A DNA stretch of 52,061 nucleotides from an uncultured Candidatus Saccharibacteria bacterium (GTDB taxonomy: Bacteria > Patescibacteriota > Minisyncoccia > Phycocordibacterales > Zambryskibacteraceae). Location: assembly GCA_964509605.1 (NCBI GenBank), contig CAZDXF010000004.1, positions 1 through 52,061 of the forward strand, written 5' to 3'. The position numbers were made by a program, and so were the translations under genes. Below the pieces are notes generated by a model. The model ran no database searches and was not told the origin of the DNA. It saw only the letters and a list, made by a program, of their open reading frames with translations. Shown here one piece after another: positions 20,117 through 28,742 of this stretch (positions within the stretch are counted from its first letter, which is position 1; every line of letters starts with the position of its first letter).

Positions 20117-20422
20117 TAATATATAAAGTACTATCCATATCACCACCCCTCGAACCATATATAGGTGCCGACCATAAATGGTCGGCTACTCTCGGGGTTG
20201 TATCGTATTCCGCATCTCATTCAGTAGAATGACCCACTGGGTTAATGCGCTAGTACTCTATACCAAGTATCTTCTTTTTTTTGAAGTTTCTGCATGCACC
20301 ACCCTATGCCAAGCCTTGACCGAGCATACTCTCGATGCATGGATACTGGATTCGGGAGCCGGAAGCCGTAACCACCGGTGACTATTCCCCTACTACCATT
20401 TTTTATTTTATCATATGAAAAA

Positions 20423-20450
20423 GCCCCGCCCGCCAATTGGCGAACGGGGC
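20423..20450 (-). promoter_or_regulatory. GC-rich hairpin downstream of the VR and target-gene stop (terminator and/or DGR homing-associated stem-loop)
   Basis: gccccgcccgcc-aatt-ggcgaacggggc (12-bp stem with a 2-nt internal mismatch), followed by a T-rich tract on the minus strand. Confidence 0.6.
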
Positions 20451-20502
20451 CAAAATCCAAGAGCCAAGGTCAAAGGGTCTAAGAGCACCAAGTGACCAAG
20501 GT

Positions 20503-20997
20503 TCAAGAGCTACTTGCGAGGAGAGCGGGGCTGCTGACGCTCCACCTGTACTCGAGCCAGCTCCAGTCCACGACCACCTTGTTGCCGCCCCAAATGAGGT
20601 ACGGAACATAGCGATCGCCGTCACGGCCCTGAGCGCTCTTCCAGAGAAAAACCATCTTACCCTTCAATTCCTCTGGATAGGTCGCCGGATTGGCGACCCA
20701 ACCCCTGACTAGGTCATCCTCGATGGAGAAACAACGGTCGATGAGACCGGTCTCTTTGAGGTGGGACTCGAGATAAAACCCCCTGATTGTTTCCCCCTTC
20801 TCTTGGGTTGGGAGGAGGTAGAGCTCCCACCCTATCGCCAACGGGAGATTGAAAGTTGCCGTGCCGTTGAGAACCTTGAGCAGGTTCTTGAGAATGTCTG
20901 GCGCCTGCCCCAAACGCGTGAGGTGCACCTTGGTGAAACCGGCCACCTCAAACGCATCAACGAGCTGGTGCACCTGACCTTCTGTGTATGAGGACAT
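20503..20997 (-). CDS. DGR target protein, 164 aa (GC-rich cassette 2); the C-terminal ~40 aa are encoded by the VR
   Basis: The ORF has an SD (aaaggaaatggggacATG). The VR spans the 3' end (..AQGRDGDRYVPYLIWGGNKVVVDWSWLEYRWSVSSPALLASSS*). Confidence 0.8.
   Translation of the reverse strand: MSSYTEGQVHQLVDAFEVAGFTKVHLTRLGQAPDILKNLLKVLNGTATFNLPLAIGWELYLLPTQEKGETIRGFYLESHLKETGLIDRCFSIEDDLVRGWVANPATYPEELKGKMVFLWKSAQGRDGDRYVPYLIWGGNKVVVDWSWLEYRWSVSSPALLASSS
20514..20635 (-). repeat. DGR variable repeat (VR)
   Basis: See the TR entry. TR codons AAC, AAT, AAT, GAC, AAC, AAC, AAC, AAC, AAC correspond to GGC, GAT, TAT, GGC, GAC, AGC, TAC, AGC, AGC here. Confidence 0.85.
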
Positions 20998-21152
20998 GTC
21001 CCCATTTCCTTTCTGGGCTCATGAGCCCAAAAGATTGCCTCTGCCCGAGGTAGGAGCTAGACCTGATGGTCATAGCGAGGAGACCCCAAACATGTCTGGG
21101 AGCTTTTCGCTATGACCATTGCAAGTAGTATCTCAAAGTTCTATCTTCCTTA

Positions 21153-21181
21153 ATTATACACCCACATTAGCTAAATGTCAA
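21153..21181 (-). promoter_or_regulatory. Consensus sigma70 promoter of the DGR target gene
   Basis: The minus strand reads TTGACA (21181-21176), a 17-nt spacer, then TATAAT (21158-21153). Confidence 0.6.
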
Positions 21182-21269
21182 GAATTTGAGGCGGAGATAC
21201 CACAAAACCCCTTATTTTTAGGCATTTCGCCACCAATACATAGGCTTAGTCTAGATACATAGGGTAGTC

Positions 21270-22589
21270 CTATGTATTAAGAAAATCTGAAAGCTCAGGT
21301 TCGCCAACTCTTTCTTGCTTTCCAGTATCACGGTCTCGAACAGTCACGCCTTTGCCCTCCAAAGTTTCAAAATCAACAGTTATGCAGAAGGGTGTCCCTA
21401 TTTCATCTTGTCTGCGATAGCGCTTTCCAATATTTCCATTATCATCAAATTCAACCGAACCAAATTCTTTTTTGAGCTTTGCAAAAACTTCTCTCGCCTT
21501 CTCAACCAATTCTGGTTTATTTTTAAGTAGCGGAAAAACAGCAATCTTAACAGGAGCAATTTCTGTCTTGAACGCCAAATAAGTTCGCCTTTCTCCTCCC
21601 AATTCATCCTCTCTGTATGCTGAAAGCAAAACTGCCAAAATAGTCCTGCCGTGACCAAATGTCGGCTCAATAACATGAGGAATGAATTTTTCATTTGTAG
21701 TAGGATCGGTAAAGTTTAAATCGACACCAGAAGCAGACATATGTTTTTTTAAGTCATAATCTGTTCTATAAGCCAACCCATAAAGCTCTTTTCTGCCAAA
21801 TGGGTAATCAAATTCAAAATCAATCGTTCTCTTAGAATAGTGAGCCCTGTCTTCTTCTTTGACTTCAAGCTCGTGAACAAGGTCCTTGGATATACCCACT
21901 CTTTCAATCCATTTCCACATTTCCTCTCGCCACATTTCAAAATATTTCTGCCAGTCATTTTCGCGAACAAAATATTCAAATTCCATCAAATCAAATTCGC
22001 GTACTCTAAAAAGAAAATCTCGTGGAGCTATTTCATTTCTATAAGCTTTTCCTATTTGCGCCAAGCCAAATGGCAAATCCGGACGCATCGTATCAATAAT
22101 ATTTTTAAAATTAACAAACATCCCTTGGGCTATTTCTCCACGAAGATAAGCATTTGCTTTGCCTTCAACGGCGCCCAGAGAAACGGGCAACATCAAATTG
22201 AAAACCCTTTCTTCACCCAATTCGCCCCCACAGTCAGGACATTTTTTATTTTCAACATTTTCTTTGGCTATTTGATCCACTCTAAACCTGTGTTTGCATT
22301 TTTTGCACTCAATCAAAGGATCGGTAAAACCATCCAAGTGTCCAGATGCCCTCCAAACAGCTTCAGGCATTATGGTTGGAGTGGTAATAGCAAAATTGTC
22401 TTCCCTTTCTTCAACAAAATGTTTCCACCAAAGCTCTTTTATGTTGTGCGCCAAAAGAGATCCGTAGTGTCCATAATCCCATGTGCCAGATAAACCTCCG
22501 TAAATTTCAGAACTCGGGAAAACAAAGCCCCTCCTCTTTGCGAGAGATATTATTTTTTCCATAAGTTCTGTGTTTTTTTCTTTACTCAT
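21270..22589 (-). CDS. glyQS: Glycyl-tRNA synthetase (homodimeric class II type)
   Basis: RRGFVFPSSEIYGGLSGTWDYGHYG, FRNEISPR-like (YRNEIAPRDFLFRVREF), and a C-terminal anticodon-binding domain. Confidence 0.92.
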   Translation of the reverse strand: MSKEKNTELMEKIISLAKRRGFVFPSSEIYGGLSGTWDYGHYGSLLAHNIKELWWKHFVEEREDNFAITTPTIMPEAVWRASGHLDGFTDPLIECKKCKHRFRVDQIAKENVENKKCPDCGGELGEERVFNLMLPVSLGAVEGKANAYLRGEIAQGMFVNFKNIIDTMRPDLPFGLAQIGKAYRNEIAPRDFLFRVREFDLMEFEYFVRENDWQKYFEMWREEMWKWIERVGISKDLVHELEVKEEDRAHYSKRTIDFEFDYPFGRKELYGLAYRTDYDLKKHMSASGVDLNFTDPTTNEKFIPHVIEPTFGHGRTILAVLLSAYREDELGGERRTYLAFKTEIAPVKIAVFPLLKNKPELVEKAREVFAKLKKEFGSVEFDDNGNIGKRYRRQDEIGTPFCITVDFETLEGKGVTVRDRDTGKQERVGEPELSDFLNT

Positions 22590-24515
22590 TTAATTTCCAA
22601 CTATATCATCTCCCACCCTAAACGATGGATCTGTATTTATTCTTGTTGTCATAGCAGGTCTGGTTGAGTCCAAAGTTCTTCCGGTAAAATTGTCCGCTCC
22701 GGTTATTCTCATCTCCTGCACCAAGGTCGGTGTCGTGCCAACCTGATTTAAACTTGGGGTCAGTGAAATCTGGAAAGCCACTTCTCTAGGCGCAGAGCTA
22801 ATTCCTGTTCCCGCTTTTACATCGCCAATTGTCCAGACAACTTGTCTTGTTGTTGGATTAAATGTAATTCTCTCTGAAGAAGGGCTGGTTAGCTCAACCC
22901 AAGAAACATATGGAGGTATGACCGCTTCAACCCTTGCATTTTGAACATCGTTCAAAGAATTGGATACGCTCCAAATCACCGTGTAGGTAGTGGGGGCATC
23001 AGCTCTCGGAGGCATCGGACCGCTATTTTCAAACGGACCAATAGATCTTACTATTCTTCCTGCAAGAGACAAGTTTGAGGCAAGTTTTATTTTCCTTATA
23101 GCAGAAGAAGATATTGTCTGTGGACGACCTCCTTCAAGCACTTGCTCCCCTGTCATAAAAAACTCTATATTTATTTCTTGATTAAACAAGCCACTTGGCA
23201 AACTAGGAAGTGAAGAAAGTGAAAAAGACGAAACTCCTTTCTGACCCGGCTCTATTCTTCCAAACTCTGAAGATGCCGGAGATTGCCAGATGACCGTATT
23301 ATCAGAAGATCTATAAAAACCAGAACCCAATGTAGAAACAGAAGATCTGTCAAAAGAAGCCCCTGATATTTTCGCTTCAAGGCGCGCATTCAAAACCGGT
23401 GCGGTCAAATTATTTGTCCAAACAACATTTACTTGGACTCTTTCTCCCAACCTAGAAACATATTCTTGTGAAGAGCTTCCAGCCAAAGAAATCGCTAAAT
23501 CCAAAAATGGTTTTTTGATAACAATAGATTCTGAAAGACTTACAAATTCTGGTGCAATAACATTTGGCACTTGCCCCTCTATTCCTACACCAAAGCGAAA
23601 TGTTCTTTCTTCTTCATTTTGACCCTGCAAAGTCCCACGCACTTTTATAGTTCTCCTGTCGCTCGGAGACAGATCTCCAATTCTCCAAACATAGTCACCT
23701 TCTGCAGGACTTGGATCTGAAGATACGAAAGAAAAACCAAACGGATATTCTGCTCTAACCAACACATTCCTGAGAGTTTCGGTCGTGTTTGATGTTATTA
23801 AAAAGACAAACTCAACTTCCTGACCAGAGGTAATCTCGTTTGGATAACTAACCGTCATAATTACTGGGGCAGATTTTATAGCGACTTCGTATTTTTTTTC
23901 TTTAAAAAACAACGCGCTTGAACCAGTAAGGCGGTACTCAAGAACAATATTTATTTCTTTTATAGAATCTTTTTCACCAAACAAAACCCCCTTTACTGTT
24001 TTTCTCACCTCACCTCCAGCAGGAATTTGTCCGACAGATTCTCTTTGGCGCAACAATTCCTCTGTCAGATTTCCAGCGACCCTGCTTCCTTCCGGATATT
24101 CAATCTGAATATTCACCCCCTCCAAATCGGTTGCATTACGATTTTTGATTATTATATCCATTACAAGCTCTTCACCACCCGCAACAGATGTCGGCGCCCC
24201 AACCTGAATATCAATGTTCCCAGAGGATATACGGCTACTGCTTCCAAAAAACATAAACCCTGCGACACCAAGAGCTACAATGAAAAACAAAACCGCTCCT
24301 ACTAAAATTTTTTTAAATAAAACACCCTCCTCATGCTCCTCTCTCTGCCTTTGCAAAAGCTCCTCTAATTTTGGACCATCCGCAGTCCCCCAATCTTGAG
24401 GAACGCTGTCTTCAGAATCTTCAAAATCACTCCTTTCTGTAGAATCAGGATTTTCATAGCTTCTTGAATAAAGCTTTTTTTGCAGTTTATCTATTCGGTT
24501 TTTATCTTCAAACAT
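22590..24515 (-). CDS. Large membrane-anchored extracytoplasmic protein with repeated beta-sandwich (CARDB/DUF11-like) modules
   Basis: 641 aa, with one TM helix after an acidic N-terminus and a repetitive beta-rich remainder. No specific family recognised. Confidence 0.65.
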   Translation of the reverse strand: MFEDKNRIDKLQKKLYSRSYENPDSTERSDFEDSEDSVPQDWGTADGPKLEELLQRQREEHEEGVLFKKILVGAVLFFIVALGVAGFMFFGSSSRISSGNIDIQVGAPTSVAGGEELVMDIIIKNRNATDLEGVNIQIEYPEGSRVAGNLTEELLRQRESVGQIPAGGEVRKTVKGVLFGEKDSIKEINIVLEYRLTGSSALFFKEKKYEVAIKSAPVIMTVSYPNEITSGQEVEFVFLITSNTTETLRNVLVRAEYPFGFSFVSSDPSPAEGDYVWRIGDLSPSDRRTIKVRGTLQGQNEEERTFRFGVGIEGQVPNVIAPEFVSLSESIVIKKPFLDLAISLAGSSSQEYVSRLGERVQVNVVWTNNLTAPVLNARLEAKISGASFDRSSVSTLGSGFYRSSDNTVIWQSPASSEFGRIEPGQKGVSSFSLSSLPSLPSGLFNQEINIEFFMTGEQVLEGGRPQTISSSAIRKIKLASNLSLAGRIVRSIGPFENSGPMPPRADAPTTYTVIWSVSNSLNDVQNARVEAVIPPYVSWVELTSPSSERITFNPTTRQVVWTIGDVKAGTGISSAPREVAFQISLTPSLNQVGTTPTLVQEMRITGADNFTGRTLDSTRPAMTTRINTDPSFRVGDDIVGN

Positions 24516-24538
24516 AAAAAAATTATATCACAGAGACC

Positions 24539-25126
24539 TTATTGGCTCGCTTTTAATGCCTTATTGATACTTGAGACCAGATCCGTTTTATACCGCTCCA
24601 CCTCCTTTAGAAGCTCTCTTTCTATGGCGGAGTGAAAAATTTTAGGAGGAAATGGTTTTGGATCTAAAAAACCAAGATTGTGCAAAATTCTTGAAACAAT
24701 AACGATTTCCGCTAAATCAATTTCTTTTTCAGAAAAATTCTCGCTTTTTATCTCCTCCACGCCTTTTTCAACCACTTTAAAAAGTTCTTTGTTTTTTTCT
24801 TCGCCGTTCAACATCAAAAGAAGAATTGAAAATATCCTTCCAAAAAGAATTTCCTTCTTTCTGTTTTTTGGATTGAAATAAAGAAGATTCTTGGCTTCTG
24901 AAGCGCTCGTTATTTTCCAAGAATTTTTACCACGAACAAGAGAGCAATTTATCATAGAAAACGGATTGAGATGCGCTCGTAGCTTTGAAGAAACAACTCT
25001 GGCGCTTTTAGCAGATGTGTTTATGAGCCCCAAATCCTCGGTAAAAATTTTTAAAAACTTATCGGCTTCTCCTTGAGGAGAACTGCTCAGTACAAAACCT
25101 CTGGTCGTATAAACATGATATGCCAT
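24539..25126 (-). CDS. recO: DNA repair protein RecO (short form)
   Basis: N-terminal OB-fold pattern TRGFVLSSSPQGEADKFLKIFTEDLGLINTSAKSAR...LNPFS. Confidence 0.7.
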   Translation of the reverse strand: MAYHVYTTRGFVLSSSPQGEADKFLKIFTEDLGLINTSAKSARVVSSKLRAHLNPFSMINCSLVRGKNSWKITSASEAKNLLYFNPKNRKKEILFGRIFSILLLMLNGEEKNKELFKVVEKGVEEIKSENFSEKEIDLAEIVIVSRILHNLGFLDPKPFPPKIFHSAIERELLKEVERYKTDLVSSINKALKASQ

Positions 25127-28100
25127 TAGACAATTTCTATTTCAAACCAACTTTCATTTTCTTCCGACAAATCTGCTCCAAATTTAAAATCAGAAACTCC
25201 GCATATTTTTTTTATCATTGAAGAATTTTTTTCAAAAACATTTTTCATTTTAGGAGAAATACTTAAGGAAACATTTATTTTGTCTTTAGGGAGAAGACCT
25301 TTGAGCTTTCTCATCTCCTGCAAAGCTCTTATAAACTCCCTTATTTCCCCTTCTTCTTTCAGTTCTTCAGTAATTTGAGTATCCAAACTAACTTCGTCCT
25401 CCAATTTTTCAGAATAAACAACATCTTTCACATTTACTTCATCTTTTATAATTTCCAAAAAATCTTCATTTAGAGAAATTTTTCCTTTTTTTATTTCAAG
25501 CTTGCTTAAAGGTTGTCTTATTTTAATCCCAGATTTCGCCCTAGCTTCAAGTGCCAGAGAAACTAACCTTCTGGTCTCTCTCATACTACTCAAAGATTCT
25601 TGGCTGACCCTTGAAGCTCCTGGCCAATCTTCAAGATGAACGCTTACGAGCTCCCCTCCCTTGGTTATCCTTCTGTAGATGTCTTCTCCCCAAAATGGAG
25701 CAAATGGAGAAACTACCTTTGAAAATTCTTTTATTACAAACCCTAATGTAGAAATTGCATCTTCTTTATCCTTCTCGTCTTCTCCTTTAAATCTGTCTCT
25801 TGAGCGCCTCAAATACCACTGCGAGAGATCGGCTATAAAATCCCTGATTCCTCTGACTGATTCAAAAACTTTATAGGAATCCATATTTTTTGAAACTTTC
25901 AAAACAAGCTCATCAAAAAGAGAAAGTATCCAAACATCTAGGACATTAGAAACCTTTGGACGCTCTTTCGGAGCGTTTTCTTTTGAATACAGTTCGTAGA
26001 AAGACAAAACATTATTAAACAAATTAAAAACTTTTTTATTTACATCATCTACTGTTTTTTCATCAAAATTTTTTGCATCTCCGGGCTGGTTTACCGAATA
26101 CATCCAAAGTCTCAGAGGATCAACACCGTATTTATCTATCATCTCCCAAGGATCCACCGCATTGCCTTTTGATTTTGACATCTTCTGACCTTTTTCATCC
26201 AAAATATGGCCGAGACAAATTACATTTTTATAAGCTCTCCCTTTGCCAAATAAAATCCCTATAGCGTGAAGAGTATAAAACCACCCTCTAGTTTGATCTA
26301 TCGCTTCAGAAATAAAATCGGCTGGATAGGGAGAATTTTCTATTCTTTTTTTGAGATCTTTTTGGCTTAGAGAAATTTCTGAAGCGTTTTGAGAAAGAGA
26401 CATTGCCCCAGAATCAAACCAGACATCAACCACCTCTGGGACTCTTTTCAAAACATTTCCTGTCTTTTTTGATTTGATGACAACATCATCAACATAAGGG
26501 CGGTGGAGATCAAGTTCGAAATCAGAGTTTTTAGGAAGTGCTCTAAAATCAATCTCTTTAAATTCACCTGTTTTTACGATATCTTCTCCAGCATCTTCTT
26601 TCATTTTTATCGCACCGTTTTTACCAACCCCTAGTGAGACAGCCTCCATCATCCAGAGAGGGTATTCATGGCTTATTATGAGTATTTTTTTGTTGTTATA
26701 TTTTGAATCAATATCATATAAAAACTCCCCTACTCTTTTGCGAAGTTCTGAAAGATTCTCTCCACCTTCTGGTGCTTTTTCAAATTTTTCTGAAATAGAC
26801 GAAAAGAAACCGTGGTATTCATTTACATGCTTACCATTAAATATTCCTGTTTGTATTTCTTTTATCCTCTCATCAACAACAATATTTTTTTCATCCAAGC
26901 CTAAAATCTCTGCTACTTTTTTTGCAGTCTCTCTTGTGCGAATAAGAGGCGAAGTGAATATCAAATCTATTTTTTCTTTTTTGAGTTTCTTTGAAGCATC
27001 AAGGACTTGTTTCTCTCCCATCTCTGTAAGACTTGATGGGACCGAATCATCTCCGCTCACAATACAAGAAACATTTTTCTCGGCTTGACCGTGTCTCATT
27101 ATGAAAAAGGTGTTTCTTTTTTCTATTTTTTCTTTTAGTTCGCTTACTGAACCAATAACATCTGTCTCAGTGCCATCTTCCGAAATCCAAACTGGAAGCG
27201 GGGTGCCCCAATATCGCTCTCTAGAAAATGCCCAATCTTTTACATCAGAAAGCCATTCTCCAAATCTACCGTCTTTTATATGCTCTGGCTCCCAGTTTAT
27301 TTTCTGATTTTCAGAAACAAGATCCTCTCTTAATTGAGACATTTTTATATACCAAGAACTTCTGGCGTAATAAACCAAAGGGGTTTTGCATCTCCAACAA
27401 AAAGGATAGCTGTGCTCAAACTTTTCTTTCTTAAAAAGCAAATTCCTTCCAGCTAAATCTTTTATCACAAAAACAGCTGTGTCTTCGTCGTGAACAAATT
27501 TTCCAGAAAATTCTCCCGTGTTTGCAATAAAATGGCCCGAATCGTCTACCAAATGAAACTTTGGAAGACTGACTTTCGTGCCAAGCTCAAAATCGTCTTG
27601 CCCATACATTACCGCTGTATGCACAATCCCCGTACCATCTTCTGTAGTTACAAAATCAGCCGAATAAACTTTGTATGCGTTAGAAAGTTTCTCTTTTTGA
27701 GAATCAGAGATGTTTTGTGAAAGATATGGATAGAGTGGTTCGTATTCCATACCAACCATCTCGCTTCCTTTATGTTCTGCTATCACTTCATATTCATCAG
27801 TCAAAAGCTCGAGCTTATCCTTAGCTAAAACTAAAATTTCACCATTAACCTTGGCCTCTACATAAGTAATGTCTTTTCCTACGGCTAAGGCAACATTGCC
27901 CGGTAAAGTCCACGGGGTTGTCGTCCAAGCTACAAAATAAGCATCTGGGAAACCAATGATTTTAAATTTTACAAATACAGAAAGACTTTTTATTGTTTCA
28001 TAACCTTGAGCCAGCTCGTGAGAAGAAAGTCCTGTGCCACATCTCGGACACCAAGGAACCACCTTGTAGTCTTTGTAGAGAAGTTTTTTCTCATTTACAG

Positions 28101-28593
28101 TTTTTATAATCGCCCAAAGAGACTCCATATATCCGGAAGAATAAGTAATATAGGGACTCTCCATATCAACCCAAAAACCGATTCTTCTAGTAAAATCCTG
28201 CCATTCACTTAAATACTTCCAAACATTTTTTTTGCACTCTTCGTTGAATTTGGCAATGCTGTATTCTTCAATTTCTTTTTTTGATTTTATTCCCAACTGT
28301 TTCTCAACTTCAAGCTCCACTGGAAGTCCGTGCGTATCCCAACCAGCTTTTCTTTCCACACGAAAACCTCGCATCGTTTTGTAGCGAGGGATTGCGTCTT
28401 TAAACGCGCGAGCTTCTAGGTGGTGAATCCCCGGTCTGCCATTTGCAGTTGGAGGCCCTTCATAAAAAACAAAAGATCCCTCTGGAGATTTTTTCTCGAG
28501 GGTTTTTTTGAAAACTTCTTCCTTTTCCCAAAAAGACAGTATCTCTTCTTCTTTGAGGGCTAGTGGAGATTTATCTTCTCTCTCTGTGGCCAT
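25126..28593 (-). CDS. ileS: Isoleucyl-tRNA synthetase (type 2-like) carrying a nested histidine-phosphatase domain
   Basis: PPTANGRPGIHHLEAR (HIGH), WTTTPWTLPGN (editing domain), KMSKSKGN; 1155 aa. Confidence 0.95.
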   Translation of the reverse strand: MATEREDKSPLALKEEEILSFWEKEEVFKKTLEKKSPEGSFVFYEGPPTANGRPGIHHLEARAFKDAIPRYKTMRGFRVERKAGWDTHGLPVELEVEKQLGIKSKKEIEEYSIAKFNEECKKNVWKYLSEWQDFTRRIGFWVDMESPYITYSSGYMESLWAIIKTVNEKKLLYKDYKVVPWCPRCGTGLSSHELAQGYETIKSLSVFVKFKIIGFPDAYFVAWTTTPWTLPGNVALAVGKDITYVEAKVNGEILVLAKDKLELLTDEYEVIAEHKGSEMVGMEYEPLYPYLSQNISDSQKEKLSNAYKVYSADFVTTEDGTGIVHTAVMYGQDDFELGTKVSLPKFHLVDDSGHFIANTGEFSGKFVHDEDTAVFVIKDLAGRNLLFKKEKFEHSYPFCWRCKTPLVYYARSSWYIKMSQLREDLVSENQKINWEPEHIKDGRFGEWLSDVKDWAFSRERYWGTPLPVWISEDGTETDVIGSVSELKEKIEKRNTFFIMRHGQAEKNVSCIVSGDDSVPSSLTEMGEKQVLDASKKLKKEKIDLIFTSPLIRTRETAKKVAEILGLDEKNIVVDERIKEIQTGIFNGKHVNEYHGFFSSISEKFEKAPEGGENLSELRKRVGEFLYDIDSKYNNKKILIISHEYPLWMMEAVSLGVGKNGAIKMKEDAGEDIVKTGEFKEIDFRALPKNSDFELDLHRPYVDDVVIKSKKTGNVLKRVPEVVDVWFDSGAMSLSQNASEISLSQKDLKKRIENSPYPADFISEAIDQTRGWFYTLHAIGILFGKGRAYKNVICLGHILDEKGQKMSKSKGNAVDPWEMIDKYGVDPLRLWMYSVNQPGDAKNFDEKTVDDVNKKVFNLFNNVLSFYELYSKENAPKERPKVSNVLDVWILSLFDELVLKVSKNMDSYKVFESVRGIRDFIADLSQWYLRRSRDRFKGEDEKDKEDAISTLGFVIKEFSKVVSPFAPFWGEDIYRRITKGGELVSVHLEDWPGASRVSQESLSSMRETRRLVSLALEARAKSGIKIRQPLSKLEIKKGKISLNEDFLEIIKDEVNVKDVVYSEKLEDEVSLDTQITEELKEEGEIREFIRALQEMRKLKGLLPKDKINVSLSISPKMKNVFEKNSSMIKKICGVSDFKFGADLSEENESWFEIEIV
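26539..27117 (-). other. Histidine phosphatase (PGAM/CobC-like) domain inserted in IleRS (aa ~493-685)
   Basis: FFIMRHGQAEKN (RHG motif), SPLIRTRETA, and ILIISHEYPL (second catalytic His). The insert lies between ..WISEDGTETDVIGSVSELKEKIEK and DLHRPYVDD, segments that I recall being only ~10-15 aa apart in other type 2 IleRS. Confidence 0.75.
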
Positions 28594-28630
28594 ATATGTT
28601 CAATCGTATCACAAAGTTATAAAAACAAAG

Positions 28631-28660
28631 ACCCCCGCGACAACTTGTGTCGCGGGGTTT
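28631..28660 (-). terminator. GC-rich hairpin terminator of cassette 3
   Basis: ccccgcgac-aacttgt-gtcgcgggg with flanking T/A runs. Confidence 0.6.
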
Positions 28661-28742
28661 TCTTCACGCCGGGTTCCAATGACCGAAGCTTACGGGGTCC
28701 TCAGCCCTGTGCTTGGCAGTAAAACACGGCACGGCAATACGG

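Noticed and set aside
20140-20200. A tRNA-like hit suggested by ctcgaacc / ggttcgag within the DGR spacer, and similar strings at 46525 and 48150.
   Set aside because: No acceptor stem, D-arm or anticodon arm can be drawn around them. The latter two are parts of the recombinase-derived repeats.
19930-20712. Two + strand ORFs (19930..20232 and 20437..20712) whose products share ...CEESG..DAPPVLEP.PVHDHLVA.PNEVRNIAIAVT..., which looks like a pair of paralogous genes.
   Set aside because: They are antisense translations of the DGR TR and VR. The sense-strand reading (the minus-strand CDS 20503..20997 with an SD and promoter, and AAC codons in the TR) explains the similarity. The + frames lack start context.
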